Positions 31,857 to 39,943 of a DNA stretch of 44,742 nucleotides are shown in pieces. The notes under the pieces were generated by a model, which made no database searches, had not been told where the DNA came from, and was given only the letters and a program-made list of their open reading frames with translations. The translations under genes and the position numbers were made by a program. Each line of letters starts with the position of its first letter. Positions within the stretch are counted from its first letter, which is position 1. The stretch is from a virus. Taxonomy: Duplodnaviria; Caudoviricetes. The stretch spans positions 1-44,742 of the IMG/VR virus record IMGVR_UViG_3300037870_000089; one strand, given 5' to 3'.

Positions 31857-33143
31857 ATGAGCAGACGTAACAAAGGCTACATAGGTTCTCGTAGACCTGA
31901 TTCAGCGTCACACCTTATGGGTGGTATTTATGACGTTGATGAGATGCGGCATTTAGTTGAAAATGATGAGGTGGATAAACCCCTTATATTAACTGCAACC
32001 CACGCAACAACAATGACTGAGGGGGTGACTTACACCGTAACCCTTTATGATACAAGACTTTCATCTGACACTATAGACTGGACCCTGTTGGGTCCTGCCG
32101 CTAATAATGATGTGCTTCCTATACTTGGTTCGGTAACACTCTCAAACGGCAATGGTTCTTTCGACCTTACTCCCACTTGGGATTATGTTACTGACCCCAA
32201 TGAATCGTTCTTTATCCGCTTCACAGACCCTGATACGGGACATATACACTTAGAGACTACTAATATAACAATAATTGATGTATATCAAGAGGAGGGGAGT
32301 GGCGATACTTACCCCGTAGCTAATCCCGACCTTCAGTGGTATTTTAAAGCTGATGATATTGCAGTTGGCACCTCATTTCCCGCAGGAACCATACTCACCG
32401 TACCCAACGGCTTTTCTGGTGTTACCTTGCAGGAGGAGGATTGGAGGGCACAAGGACCTATGGTGGCTTATCCATACACGAACTCACTGGGTGTAACAAA
32501 GCGTTATCTACAAGTACCACACGGGAGTAACTTCCAAGCTAGAACCAACACATATGACGGTAATGCAATCATCAACAACAGTGGTTTTACATTCTCCTAT
32601 ACTTGCCGTACAAATATAACGAATAGTTGGCATAGGGTGTTTAACTATTTTGGAAGTGCCACTCCAAGCCAAAGTATTTACGACCTGTACCCCACTAGCA
32701 CTAGTCAGTACAACCACTTCAGTATGTTCTACAATAAGCAGTCTACTCGTATACAGATGCAGATTCCTTATAGTGCGGCTAACAGTAACTATTATCTTGC
32801 GGTTTCCGGTGTTAATTGGCTCCCAAATATGATTGCAACCTTCGTTGTTTCTCTGGGCTTTTGGGGGGGCACCTACGGCAATAATACTGGTGTGTATTCA
32901 CTGCGTCTAACAGACTTGTCTACTGGTACCACGACTAATAAAGCCACAAATGCTACGTTTAATACAGGTGGTACCCCCATTAGTGTTCAAGCTGGTACTG
33001 ACGTAGCAAGACCGTTCTTCAATGACTCTGTGTATGGTGGCTCAAGTGCAGGCGAGATAATAGCCTCTAGTTTCGCCAACAGACCCTACACTACCAGTGA
33101 AATGACGGCACTTATGGATTACATGACCACTGAGTACCATTAG
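31857..33143 (+). CDS. putative receptor-binding / beta-rich structural protein
   Basis: Thr/Asn/Tyr-rich; NPDLQWYFKADD start and ending resemble a lectin-like domain. Confidence 0.6.
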   Translation: MSRRNKGYIGSRRPDSASHLMGGIYDVDEMRHLVENDEVDKPLILTATHATTMTEGVTYTVTLYDTRLSSDTIDWTLLGPAANNDVLPILGSVTLSNGNGSFDLTPTWDYVTDPNESFFIRFTDPDTGHIHLETTNITIIDVYQEEGSGDTYPVANPDLQWYFKADDIAVGTSFPAGTILTVPNGFSGVTLQEEDWRAQGPMVAYPYTNSLGVTKRYLQVPHGSNFQARTNTYDGNAIINNSGFTFSYTCRTNITNSWHRVFNYFGSATPSQSIYDLYPTSTSQYNHFSMFYNKQSTRIQMQIPYSAANSNYYLAVSGVNWLPNMIATFVVSLGFWGGTYGNNTGVYSLRLTDLSTGTTTNKATNATFNTGGTPISVQAGTDVARPFFNDSVYGGSSAGEIIASSFANRPYTTSEMTALMDYMTTEYH

Positions 33144-33167
33144 AAATATCATACGAGGAATACATGA

Positions 33168-33455
33168 ATGGAAAAAGGAACAATAACGCTAATTACGATT
33201 ATGAGTAGCGTTGTCAGTATAGTGACAATGAGTGTTGGATTACTCTTGTTTGCAGATGGGCGATACGCCTCTGCTACTGACCTAGAAGAGTTGAGGCATG
33301 ACCAACAAACAGCCTTCGTGGACATGAGAGTGAGGTCAATAGAGGATGAGTTATTTGACTTACAGTCTGTCCCCAACTCAGCACGAACACCGCTCGACAG
33401 AGCAAAGGTAGAGAGGTACCTGCGTGAATTACGAGAACTTCAAAATACTAAGTGA
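33168..33455 (+). CDS. membrane-anchored coiled-coil protein (possible lysis or spanin-like role)
   Basis: N-terminal hydrophobic helix followed by charged helical region; GAGG RBS. Confidence 0.6.
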   Translation: MEKGTITLITIMSSVVSIVTMSVGLLLFADGRYASATDLEELRHDQQTAFVDMRVRSIEDELFDLQSVPNSARTPLDRAKVERYLRELRELQNTK

Positions 33456-33555
33456 GTGTATCAAGACCCTGATTTATTATATCGCTCTTTGTGCTTTTGG
33501 TAGTGCATTAGCGGTGGTGGTGCTTCAGGAAATATTGGGTATTTATTACCACTAA
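33424..33555 (+). CDS. small single-TM protein (43 aa, not in ORF track)
   Basis: GTG start after GAGAGG; ...TLIYYIALCAFGSALAVVVLQEILGIYYH. Confidence 0.5.
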   Translation: MNYENFKILSECIKTLIYYIALCAFGSALAVVVLQEILGIYYH

Positions 33556-33607
33556 GCGTTAGTGTGTAAAACTAAACTTCAACTTTCATATTACATAAGG
33601 AAACAAA

Positions 33608-33955
33608 ATGAGCGAATTATCAGCTTTTGATGGGAGATACTCATCATTCAAGGGGGTAGCAACCTCTTCAATTATAATCAAAGAACAATTAGAATCAACC
33701 AACCCCGTCCAACCCGAAGTGGCTTACCCTGTCTCAGTAACCCCACCACTGACAGCAAACTATGTCGAGTTTAAAGGTACAGATAGATGGGTGCGATTTG
33801 ATGGAGGAGATGCGGCAGACCCCTCGACATTACCGAGCCACACTGACAATGGGCAGTTCAACCCAGAGGTGGTCCACCTAGCTAGGCTTGGTGGTGGCAA
33901 CCCAATGTTCAGTGTGTGGTCCACGGGACCCGTTTACATTAACTTTTACGATTAA
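33608..33955 (+). CDS. hypothetical protein
   Basis: 115 aa, AAGGA RBS. Confidence 0.7.
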   Translation: MSELSAFDGRYSSFKGVATSSIIIKEQLESTNPVQPEVAYPVSVTPPLTANYVEFKGTDRWVRFDGGDAADPSTLPSHTDNGQFNPEVVHLARLGGGNPMFSVWSTGPVYINFYD

Positions 33956-33963
33956 GGATTATT

Positions 33964-34143
33964 ATGTTTGCATATATACTGGAACGGTTAAGCGAGGCTA
34001 GTACCGTAAGGGGTATTATCATGTTCTTTGGGGGATTGGGGTTGACAATAGAACCAGAACTCATGAACCAGATTGTTGCCGCAACTATTGCGGGTAGTGG
34101 AATCATAGGCATGTTATTTAAAGATAAGAAGGGCGATGCGTGA
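33964..34143 (+). CDS. putative holin (59 aa, not in ORF track)
   Basis: MFAYILERLSEASTVRGIIMFFGGLG...IVAATIAGSGIIGMLFKDKKGDA: two hydrophobic segments, basic tail, AAGGA RBS, gp17.5 position. Confidence 0.75.
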   Translation: MFAYILERLSEASTVRGIIMFFGGLGLTIEPELMNQIVAATIAGSGIIGMLFKDKKGDA

Positions 34144-34369
34144 CTACAAAAAAGAGTATCGGGATTACCACGGTAAGCCTGAACAAATAAAGAGAAGGGC
34201 AGGTCGAGTAAAAGCAAGACGATTGATGATTAAGGCAGGACGAGTTAGGAAGGGGGACGGGAAGGAGGTAGACCACAAGAACTTCAACCCCAACAACAAC
34301 AGACCCAACAACTTAAGCATCAAATCCAAGACTGCCAATCGTAAGAAGCAACCAAAAAGGAAAGGATAA
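34136..34369 (+). CDS. small HNH endonuclease
   Basis: RDYKKEY, GDGKEVDHK..N...N...NL.I.S...NR. Confidence 0.85.
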   Translation: MRDYKKEYRDYHGKPEQIKRRAGRVKARRLMIKAGRVRKGDGKEVDHKNFNPNNNRPNNLSIKSKTANRKKQPKRKG

Positions 34370-34599
34370 TGGATATATTAGGTGAATTACACGAAGCTGT
34401 AGCCACCACCCTCCTCGATAAAATAAAGAGTGGGGAGGCACGGAGTGCTGACCTTGGGGTAGCGGTGAGGTTCCTAAAGGATAATGGCATCGAGGCTATG
34501 CCAGTGCATAACAACCCACTAGCCCGCCTCCTAGAGAGCTTGCCATTTGATGAGGATGATGAGATAGAGACTAATACCATCTCCATCCCTCGACATTAG
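34369..34599 (+). CDS. terminase small subunit (gp18-like)
   Basis: LHE.VA..LL.KI.SGEA..ADL.VAV.FLKDNGI, LPF. Confidence 0.93.
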   Translation: MDILGELHEAVATTLLDKIKSGEARSADLGVAVRFLKDNGIEAMPVHNNPLARLLESLPFDEDDEIETNTISIPRH

Positions 34600-34600
34600 G

Positions 34601-36250
34601 ATGAAGAAGCACGGACTAGAGTCGTTCAAAAACTTTTTGTGGGTGACTTGGGACCACCTTGGACTGCCTAACCCCACCCCTGTTCAGTACGACATAGCTG
34701 ACTACTTGCAGGGGGGTCCAAGGAGGCTAGTAATTGAGGCGTTTCGGGGCGTAGGTAAGAGTTATATTACAAGTGCATTTGCTTGCCACCAACTACTCCT
34801 CAATCCAGAGATGAAGATACTGGTGGTGAGTGCAAGTAAGGTAAGGGCAGATGATTTTAGTACGTTCACACAAAGGTTGATACACGACATGCCTCTTCTT
34901 CAGCATTTGGTGCCGAAGGAGGGGCAACGTCAGTCAAAAATCAGCTTTGATGTGGCTCCCGCCTCCCCTAGTCATAGCCCCAGTGTTAAGTCAGTGGGCA
35001 TAACAGGGCAGTTAGCGGGTAGTCGTGCTGACCTAATCATTGCGGATGACATCGAGATTCCTAATAACTCAGCCACACAGGTCATGAGGGATAAGCTAAG
35101 TGAATCCGTAAAGGAATTTGACGCTATTCTCAAACCAGATGGGCGGGTTATCTACCTTGGTACCCCTCAGACCGAGATGAGCCTGTACGAAGAGTTGCCA
35201 AACAGGGGTTATGTCACCCGAATATGGACTGCACGGTTCCCTGAACAGGGACTTGCTGACCGACTAGGTGAAAGGCTTGCCCCAATGCTACAAACAACGG
35301 ACAGAGTAGCCGAACCTACTGACCCCTTAAGGTTTGATGATGATGACCTGATTGAACGAGAGTTAAGTTATGGGAGGTCAGGCTTTAGCTTGCAGTTTAT
35401 GCTAGATACTAGCCTCTCTGACATCAATAAGTATCCCTTAAAATTGAGTGACCTTATTGTCATGAATTGTGATACGGATACGGCACCTGAAAGGGTGGTA
35501 AAGAGCAGGGATGAGGCTACCAACATATCTAATTTGGGGTTGAGGGGCGATAAGCTGTGGATGGGTGATGCACTGGGCGATTGGCTAGAGTATAGCGGGT
35601 CAGTCCTCGCCATTGACCCTAGTGGTAGAGGTAAGGATGAAACAAGTTATGCCGTAATCAAGATGCTAAACGGATTCCTGTGGCTCACCGACTTTGGTGG
35701 CATTAAGGAAGGAGGGTACGAAAAGGGAACCCTAGAAAAGTTGGCTTATATTGCCAAGAAGGGTAAGGTCAATGAGGTAATTGTGGAGTCTAACTTTGGG
35801 GATGGCATGTTTAATCAGCTATTCACCCCCTACCTAGAATCAATATATCCCGTTACATTGACCGAGGTCCGTCACCACACCCAAAAGGAGAAACGCATCC
35901 TCGACACGTTGGAACCAGTAATGAACCAACACAAGCTAGTGGTTGATGCAGATGCAATGAGGAGGGATTGGGAGAGCGTATCTGGGTATCCACCAGAAAA
36001 GGCACCTCAATACACCCTGTCTTATCAGATGACCCGCCTAACTAATAGTAGGGGAGCCTTAAGGCATGATGACAGAGTAGATGCGGTAGCAATAGCGGTG
36101 AACTACTGGGTAGAACAGATGTCAGCTAACACTACTGCTCTCATGAGTGAGCGAAGAGAGAGGCTACTTGATGAAGAGCTAGAGCGGTTTAGTGATGGGA
36201 TACTGGGCAGAAAGGGGAAAGGGGGTGATTTGTGGGTAACACTAAAGTGA
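34601..36250 (+). CDS. terminase large subunit (gp19-like)
   Basis: AFRGVGKS, GSRADLIIADDIE, LGTPQ, IDPSGRGKDE, ESNFGDGMF, HDDRVD. Confidence 0.97.
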   Translation: MKKHGLESFKNFLWVTWDHLGLPNPTPVQYDIADYLQGGPRRLVIEAFRGVGKSYITSAFACHQLLLNPEMKILVVSASKVRADDFSTFTQRLIHDMPLLQHLVPKEGQRQSKISFDVAPASPSHSPSVKSVGITGQLAGSRADLIIADDIEIPNNSATQVMRDKLSESVKEFDAILKPDGRVIYLGTPQTEMSLYEELPNRGYVTRIWTARFPEQGLADRLGERLAPMLQTTDRVAEPTDPLRFDDDDLIERELSYGRSGFSLQFMLDTSLSDINKYPLKLSDLIVMNCDTDTAPERVVKSRDEATNISNLGLRGDKLWMGDALGDWLEYSGSVLAIDPSGRGKDETSYAVIKMLNGFLWLTDFGGIKEGGYEKGTLEKLAYIAKKGKVNEVIVESNFGDGMFNQLFTPYLESIYPVTLTEVRHHTQKEKRILDTLEPVMNQHKLVVDADAMRRDWESVSGYPPEKAPQYTLSYQMTRLTNSRGALRHDDRVDAVAIAVNYWVEQMSANTTALMSERRERLLDEELERFSDGILGRKGKGGDLWVTLK

Positions 36251-36267
36251 ACAATATCAATGACTTA

Positions 36268-36288
36268 AATTTATGGACACTATTGACC
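36268..36288 (+). promoter_or_regulatory. candidate phage RNAP promoter near right end (phiOR-like)
   Basis: AATTTATGGACACTATTGACC, intergenic after terminase. Confidence 0.62.
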
Positions 36289-36379
36289 CGAGAGGCTCCC
36301 ATTAGTATAGCCCCCTTAAGGAATACGTTAGTATTCTATTAGGCTAACCTCCCTCCACTACCAACTAGAGATACCCATT

Positions 36380-36601
36380 ATGATTAAAGAGTCCCTTTGT
36401 ATAGCCTCACTAGCCCTCCTTATAGGCTCCCTTATGGGGTGTATAAGCGGCATATCTAATACAGTAGGGGAGGTAGGGGAGGGGGTAACCCAACAGCCAC
36501 TACCCGACTATATCGACCTTATGGGCGAACCTGAATATGGCATTACGGAATACGAAGAAGATTCGCTTGATGTTGCCAAAGAGGAAGCAGACGAGGAGTG
36601 A
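36380..36601 (+). CDS. putative lipoprotein
   Basis: Signal-like N-terminus with lipobox-like LMGC; acidic mature part. Confidence 0.5.
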   Translation: MIKESLCIASLALLIGSLMGCISGISNTVGEVGEGVTQQPLPDYIDLMGEPEYGITEYEEDSLDVAKEEADEE

Positions 36602-36750
36602 GAGTCGATATAGGCAAGTTTGTGTGTGGGTGTGGTGAGGGCAGGAGGGGTAGCTTTGTTAGGTACTACTCCAAAGGGAAAGCCCAGTGCCCTCATTGTG
36701 GAGCCTACTATGACCTAGTAGATTACGTTTATATTCAGCATCAGAGGTGA
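36598..36750 (+). CDS. small Zn-ribbon-like protein (50 aa, not in ORF track)
   Basis: GTGA overlap with previous ORF; CGC...CPHCG. Confidence 0.55.
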   Translation: MRVDIGKFVCGCGEGRRGSFVRYYSKGKAQCPHCGAYYDLVDYVYIQHQR

Positions 36751-36753
36751 ACA

Positions 36754-36945
36754 ATGACGGCAACTAACGACATAACGGGTGACAAATTAGCCACCAAACC
36801 AAGCTCACGTTATAGGCTCAACTATGACGAGATTGATTGGGGAAGCACTGGTCAAACCCGTTGGGCACCTAAGAGGGAGCCATTTAGTCACAAGAAGGCA
36901 GGAGAGATTCACCCCACCCTCAATAGTTTTGACCCAAAAATCTGA
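36754..36945 (+). CDS. small hypothetical phage protein
   Basis: MTATNDITGD...Y..NYD.I; GAGGTG RBS. Confidence 0.7.
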   Translation: MTATNDITGDKLATKPSSRYRLNYDEIDWGSTGQTRWAPKREPFSHKKAGEIHPTLNSFDPKI

Positions 36946-37135
36946 GAGGCTATATATTTATCGTACCTAGCCCAAGTCCCCCCGTAGGGTATCGATTGGT
37001 ACCACGCAATAACCGTGCCAAATCTGGCAAAAATGGGTTCCGCCACATGGTTAGCCGCAAAGGTGCCGCAAAGGTGCGGTGTCACTGGCATGGCAGGGGG
37101 TAAACTATCCCTCTTTAATATTGGCGGGTCCTTTG

Positions 37136-37220
37136 GGGATAACCTGAAAGGACCCAATAATATTGGCGTGTCTGTTTTTGATTGTATCTATCGTTTTTTC
37201 AGGTCCTTTCAGGTTATCCC
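37136..37220. repeat. perfect 19-bp inverted repeat
   Basis: GGGATAACCTGAAAGGACC (37136..37154) / GGTCCTTTCAGGTTATCCC (37202..37220). Confidence 0.9.
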
Positions 37221-37230
37221 GCACGGGATA
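37215..37230. repeat. palindrome A
   Basis: exact TATCCCGCACGGGATA. Confidence 0.9.
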
Positions 37231-37257
37231 AATAATATTACATTAATGCAAAATGAG

Positions 37258-37287
37258 TTGTTGCACGTATGTAAATGATGATATAAT
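37258..37287 (+). promoter_or_regulatory. early sigma70 promoter (extended -10)
   Basis: TGaTATAAT at 37279..37287; TTGTTG/TTGCAC upstream; AT-rich upstream region. Confidence 0.65.
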
Positions 37288-37368
37288 AAAAGCCAAGGAA
37301 GACAAAAACGGCAGGGAGCCAAAATCGCACCAAAGCGGTGCATAACATTAAAATTGAGGTACTATATT

Positions 37369-38034
37369 ATGACTGATTTAATCGGACAAATTGAAGCGGC
37401 TACTAACACTAACTTAAAAGATACAGACATAAACTCTTTGTATTCAAGGGTCCTTAAAGCATACATAGCAAACCAGAAAAAGGACGTTTCTCTACGGGGT
37501 CAATGGTTCCATGCAATTCGTTTGGGATATATCGCTTTAGGTCCTAACTCTACTGACTCAATGACAGACTTCATTGAGGGAATAATGCATGATAACAAAG
37601 TGATGACAAAAGCCAATAAAAAGGCTAATCCAAAATTCAAACTGTTGGGTGAATCATTGGGACAGTCAGGAATTGAGAAGGGCATAAGCACTTTAAAGGT
37701 AGCGGTCGATACTCATAACCTAGACTTAAGCGAGTACCTTACTGAAAATTCATTGAAGGTTAAGGTACAAGAGCTTAACGAAGCATTGAAAGATGACAAA
37801 GAGAGTGAAGGGGATAGCGAAGGGGATAGCGAAGGGGGTAGCGAAGACCTTGAAAGCGAAGATGACAAAGCTAAAAAGCTAGAGGCACAATTGACTAACA
37901 CACTAAACTTTTTAGAACAGATTGGTTTGAACGCTACTGCAAACCTTGTAAGGGCACAAGTAAGATACTTATCAGACGACCCTGAAAAGTTAGCTAAATT
38001 AAATAACAGCGTTGCTAAGTTAATCACTAAATAA
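37369..38034 (+). CDS. first early protein, hypothetical, with acidic repeat linker
   Basis: GAGGT RBS before ATG 37369; DDKESEGDSEGDSEGGSEDLESEDD tract. Confidence 0.8.
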   Translation: MTDLIGQIEAATNTNLKDTDINSLYSRVLKAYIANQKKDVSLRGQWFHAIRLGYIALGPNSTDSMTDFIEGIMHDNKVMTKANKKANPKFKLLGESLGQSGIEKGISTLKVAVDTHNLDLSEYLTENSLKVKVQELNEALKDDKESEGDSEGDSEGGSEDLESEDDKAKKLEAQLTNTLNFLEQIGLNATANLVRAQVRYLSDDPEKLAKLNNSVAKLITK

Positions 38035-38047
38035 TTCCATTAATCAT

Positions 38048-38070
38048 GGGGACCTTAACGGGTCCCTTTC
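38048..38070 (+). terminator. hairpin GGGACC-TTAACG-GGTCCC with short T run
   Basis: Follows stop codon; same hairpin repeated at 38227. Confidence 0.6.
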
Positions 38071-38074
38071 AGGT

Positions 38075-38090
38075 TATCCCGCACGGGATA
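38075..38090. repeat. palindrome A
   Basis: exact copy followed by AAAGGA RBS. Confidence 0.9.
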
Positions 38091-38105
38091 AAAGGATAAG
38101 CCAAA

Positions 38106-38204
38106 ATGAAAAATAACTTACTGTTCCACGTCATAAATATATTGGTTATGTGTGCGTGTACTACGCTTATGTTTATTGGTGCCCTTTATGGTGGTGCCCT
38201 ATAG
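38106..38204 (+). CDS. 32-aa hydrophobic membrane peptide (not in ORF track)
   Basis: MKNNLLFHVINILVMCACTTLMFIGALYGGAL; AAAGGA upstream. Confidence 0.6.
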   Translation: MKNNLLFHVINILVMCACTTLMFIGALYGGAL

Positions 38205-38226
38205 CATAACACCATAACACCAAACC

Positions 38227-38254
38227 AAAAGGACCTTAACGGGTCCTTTTTTTT
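38227..38254 (+). terminator. intrinsic terminator
   Basis: AAAAGGACC-TTAACG-GGTCC-T8. Confidence 0.85.
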
Positions 38255-38264
38255 GCCCTTTATT

Positions 38265-38280
38265 TATCCCGCACGGGATA
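38265..38280. repeat. palindrome A
   Basis: exact copy. Confidence 0.9.
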
Positions 38281-38336
38281 ATATCAGGCGTGAGCAGTGG
38301 AGGGTGCGACCCACTAGGGAAGGGCGGGAGCCAAAA

Positions 38337-38376
38337 ACCTATCAACAATAATGGTGGGACCTATCAACAATAATGG
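38337..38376 (+). repeat. 18-bp direct repeat x2, period 22
   Basis: ACCTATCAACAATAATGG at 38337 and 38359. Confidence 0.9.
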
Positions 38377-38395
38377 GCTGACCTAAATGGTCCAC

Positions 38396-38424
38396 TTGAC
38401 ATACATGTTGCACTAGTGTATAAT
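38396..38424 (+). promoter_or_regulatory. consensus sigma70 promoter containing motif B
   Basis: TTGACA-17nt-TATAAT, perfect consensus. Confidence 0.92.
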
Positions 38425-38462
38425 ATATGTAGGCTCAGAGATAACCTTTGAGTCACCACAAA

Positions 38463-38478
38463 TATCCCGCACGGGATA
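38463..38478. repeat. palindrome A fused to RBS
   Basis: TATCCCGCACGGGATA-AACGGAGGCAAC-ATG. Confidence 0.9.
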
Positions 38479-38490
38479 AACGGAGGCAAC

Positions 38491-38823
38491 ATGATAAAGA
38501 CCACATTTAGCACAGGACGTATGTACAAGAACAGCACTACTGGTGCTATGGGGCAGACCATAGAGGTGCAGGAAGTGTGCCGCATCCTCGACCCTAATGG
38601 GTGCGACCACTGGTGGTCAGTAGTTCACTTCAGGGACTTGCACAGAGGAATAACTGGAGAGGTAATGATATTCGGGAGCAATCCTGAACGTGACATACAA
38701 GCAGACCTAATGCGGTCTTACGATGCGGTAGGTGGGTCATATGACATCACCGAAATGCAATTTGGAATGGGCGTATGTAACCCACTTAATGTAAGCAGTT
38801 TACTTCACCTTATCAAACAATAA
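38491..38823 (+). CDS. early hypothetical protein
   Basis: GGAGG RBS; 110 aa. Confidence 0.8.
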   Translation: MIKTTFSTGRMYKNSTTGAMGQTIEVQEVCRILDPNGCDHWWSVVHFRDLHRGITGEVMIFGSNPERDIQADLMRSYDAVGGSYDITEMQFGMGVCNPLNVSSLLHLIKQ

Positions 38824-38832
38824 TCAAGGGCT

Positions 38833-38848
38833 TATCCCGCACGGGATA
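38833..38848. repeat. palindrome A fused to RBS
   Basis: TATCCCGCACGGGATA-AAGGAGGCAAC-ATG. Confidence 0.9.
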
Positions 38849-38859
38849 AAGGAGGCAAC

Positions 38860-39087
38860 ATGTACAAGATACTACTTAGACGTACTAGCACCACAGAGAT
38901 GCGGTCAAGTTGGACTACTCATTATATTGGCACCTTACGGGATGCCATTCGGGTGTATAAGGCACTCTGTCGCAGGTGCGTGGATGAGGATACCGCCCAT
39001 CACCATTACCGCATACACTGTGGGGACCTCGACCTTACCAACCTAGTCAATATCCGTTCACTATGGAGTAAGCATCATGAAATTTGA
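38860..39087 (+). CDS. early hypothetical protein
   Basis: AAGGAGG RBS; 75 aa. Confidence 0.75.
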   Translation: MYKILLRRTSTTEMRSSWTTHYIGTLRDAIRVYKALCRRCVDEDTAHHHYRIHCGDLDLTNLVNIRSLWSKHHEI

Positions 39088-39943
39088 ACCCATTACCGCA
39101 TCTGAAATCGTCCACTCACGCAAGATTAACCCTGATGCAAAAGAGGGTATTTTACGAGAGCTTGACTACATAAACCGCTTTGCCACTAAATCATCCAATC
39201 TTTGGACTGTTGAATCAGCCAAGATACAGAAAACGGATGGCTTCTACAAGAATGTGGTGCTGTTCTTGAGTCCTGCCAATGAGGTGTTAGCTGACGAGTT
39301 TACTAATTGCCCTTGGGAGGGTGATAACGACTGCCTACCTACCTGCATCAACAAGCAAGGGCGTAATGGTATGCCCGTACAACAGAGGGCACAGAGGTGC
39401 CGCACTGTATTGCTTGGGGTACGGTGGGAATACTTCAAGTGGAAACTGATAAAGGAGTTGAGGTTGCTTGCCGAACAGTACGACAACATGTTACTGGTGC
39501 GTCCCGATGGTACCAGTGACAGAGATTGGAGGTGGCTTGCCGCTCTGTTTCCACAACTAGCCTTCTATGGGTATAGCAAGGGGATAAGTAAAGTGCGTAA
39601 GCATTGGATGCCCAATTTACGCCTAGTCTTTAGCGGTTCCAACAAGAATGAGGTGGTGTATAAGCGAACAGTGGAGGCTGTAGCTACGGGATTGTCATGT
39701 GCCATAGCACTCAATACCGCAGGGTGCAAAGGGGAGTGGGAACTCCCTGATGTAGAGGGATTGGTTGACTTTGACGCTAATGATGACCGCTTCAACGAGT
39801 GTGTGGGCACATTCGGGTTCCTGAAAAGGAAAGGTAGCACCAAAGAGGTGCGTATTTCAGAGGAGGTCTTGACCGACTCATTCTTCTTTAACAAGGATTC
39901 ATTTAACAACTTAATAGAGGACATTGACCATGCAATCAGATAA
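39077..39943 (+). CDS. GP88-like (radical-SAM-related) phage protein
   Basis: LFLSPA, CPW.....C...C....GR, RPDGTSD, FYGYSK, FDANDDRF...LKRKG. Confidence 0.7.
   Translation: MKFEPITASEIVHSRKINPDAKEGILRELDYINRFATKSSNLWTVESAKIQKTDGFYKNVVLFLSPANEVLADEFTNCPWEGDNDCLPTCINKQGRNGMPVQQRAQRCRTVLLGVRWEYFKWKLIKELRLLAEQYDNMLLVRPDGTSDRDWRWLAALFPQLAFYGYSKGISKVRKHWMPNLRLVFSGSNKNEVVYKRTVEAVATGLSCAIALNTAGCKGEWELPDVEGLVDFDANDDRFNECVGTFGFLKRKGSTKEVRISEEVLTDSFFFNKDSFNNLIEDIDHAIR

Larger units (their letters stand above)
36920..37260. other. probable physical genome end / terminal-repeat region
   Basis: Non-coding stretch between the last late genes and first early promoter, rich in short direct and inverted repeats; position matches T7 organisation; boundaries not determinable. 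Confidence 0.55.

Noticed and set aside
32067-32078. GACACTATAGAC as a phage promoter
   Set aside because: Inside a CDS and lacks the upstream TTWATR element; cannot be excluded but is unsupported
26945-33143. Diversity-generating retroelement or invertible tail cassette
   Set aside because: No reverse transcriptase, no adenine-specific TR/VR pair and no inverted gene segments; duplications are in-frame protein modules
34136-34369. HNH as a mobile homing endonuclease or intron ORF
   Set aside because: Only 77 aa, translationally coupled to terminase small subunit and interrupts no gene; more likely packaging-associated
37215-38848. Palindrome A cluster as a CRISPR array
   Set aside because: Repeats are 16 bp, spacing is irregular (about 190-860 bp), the intervals contain genes, and no cas genes are present
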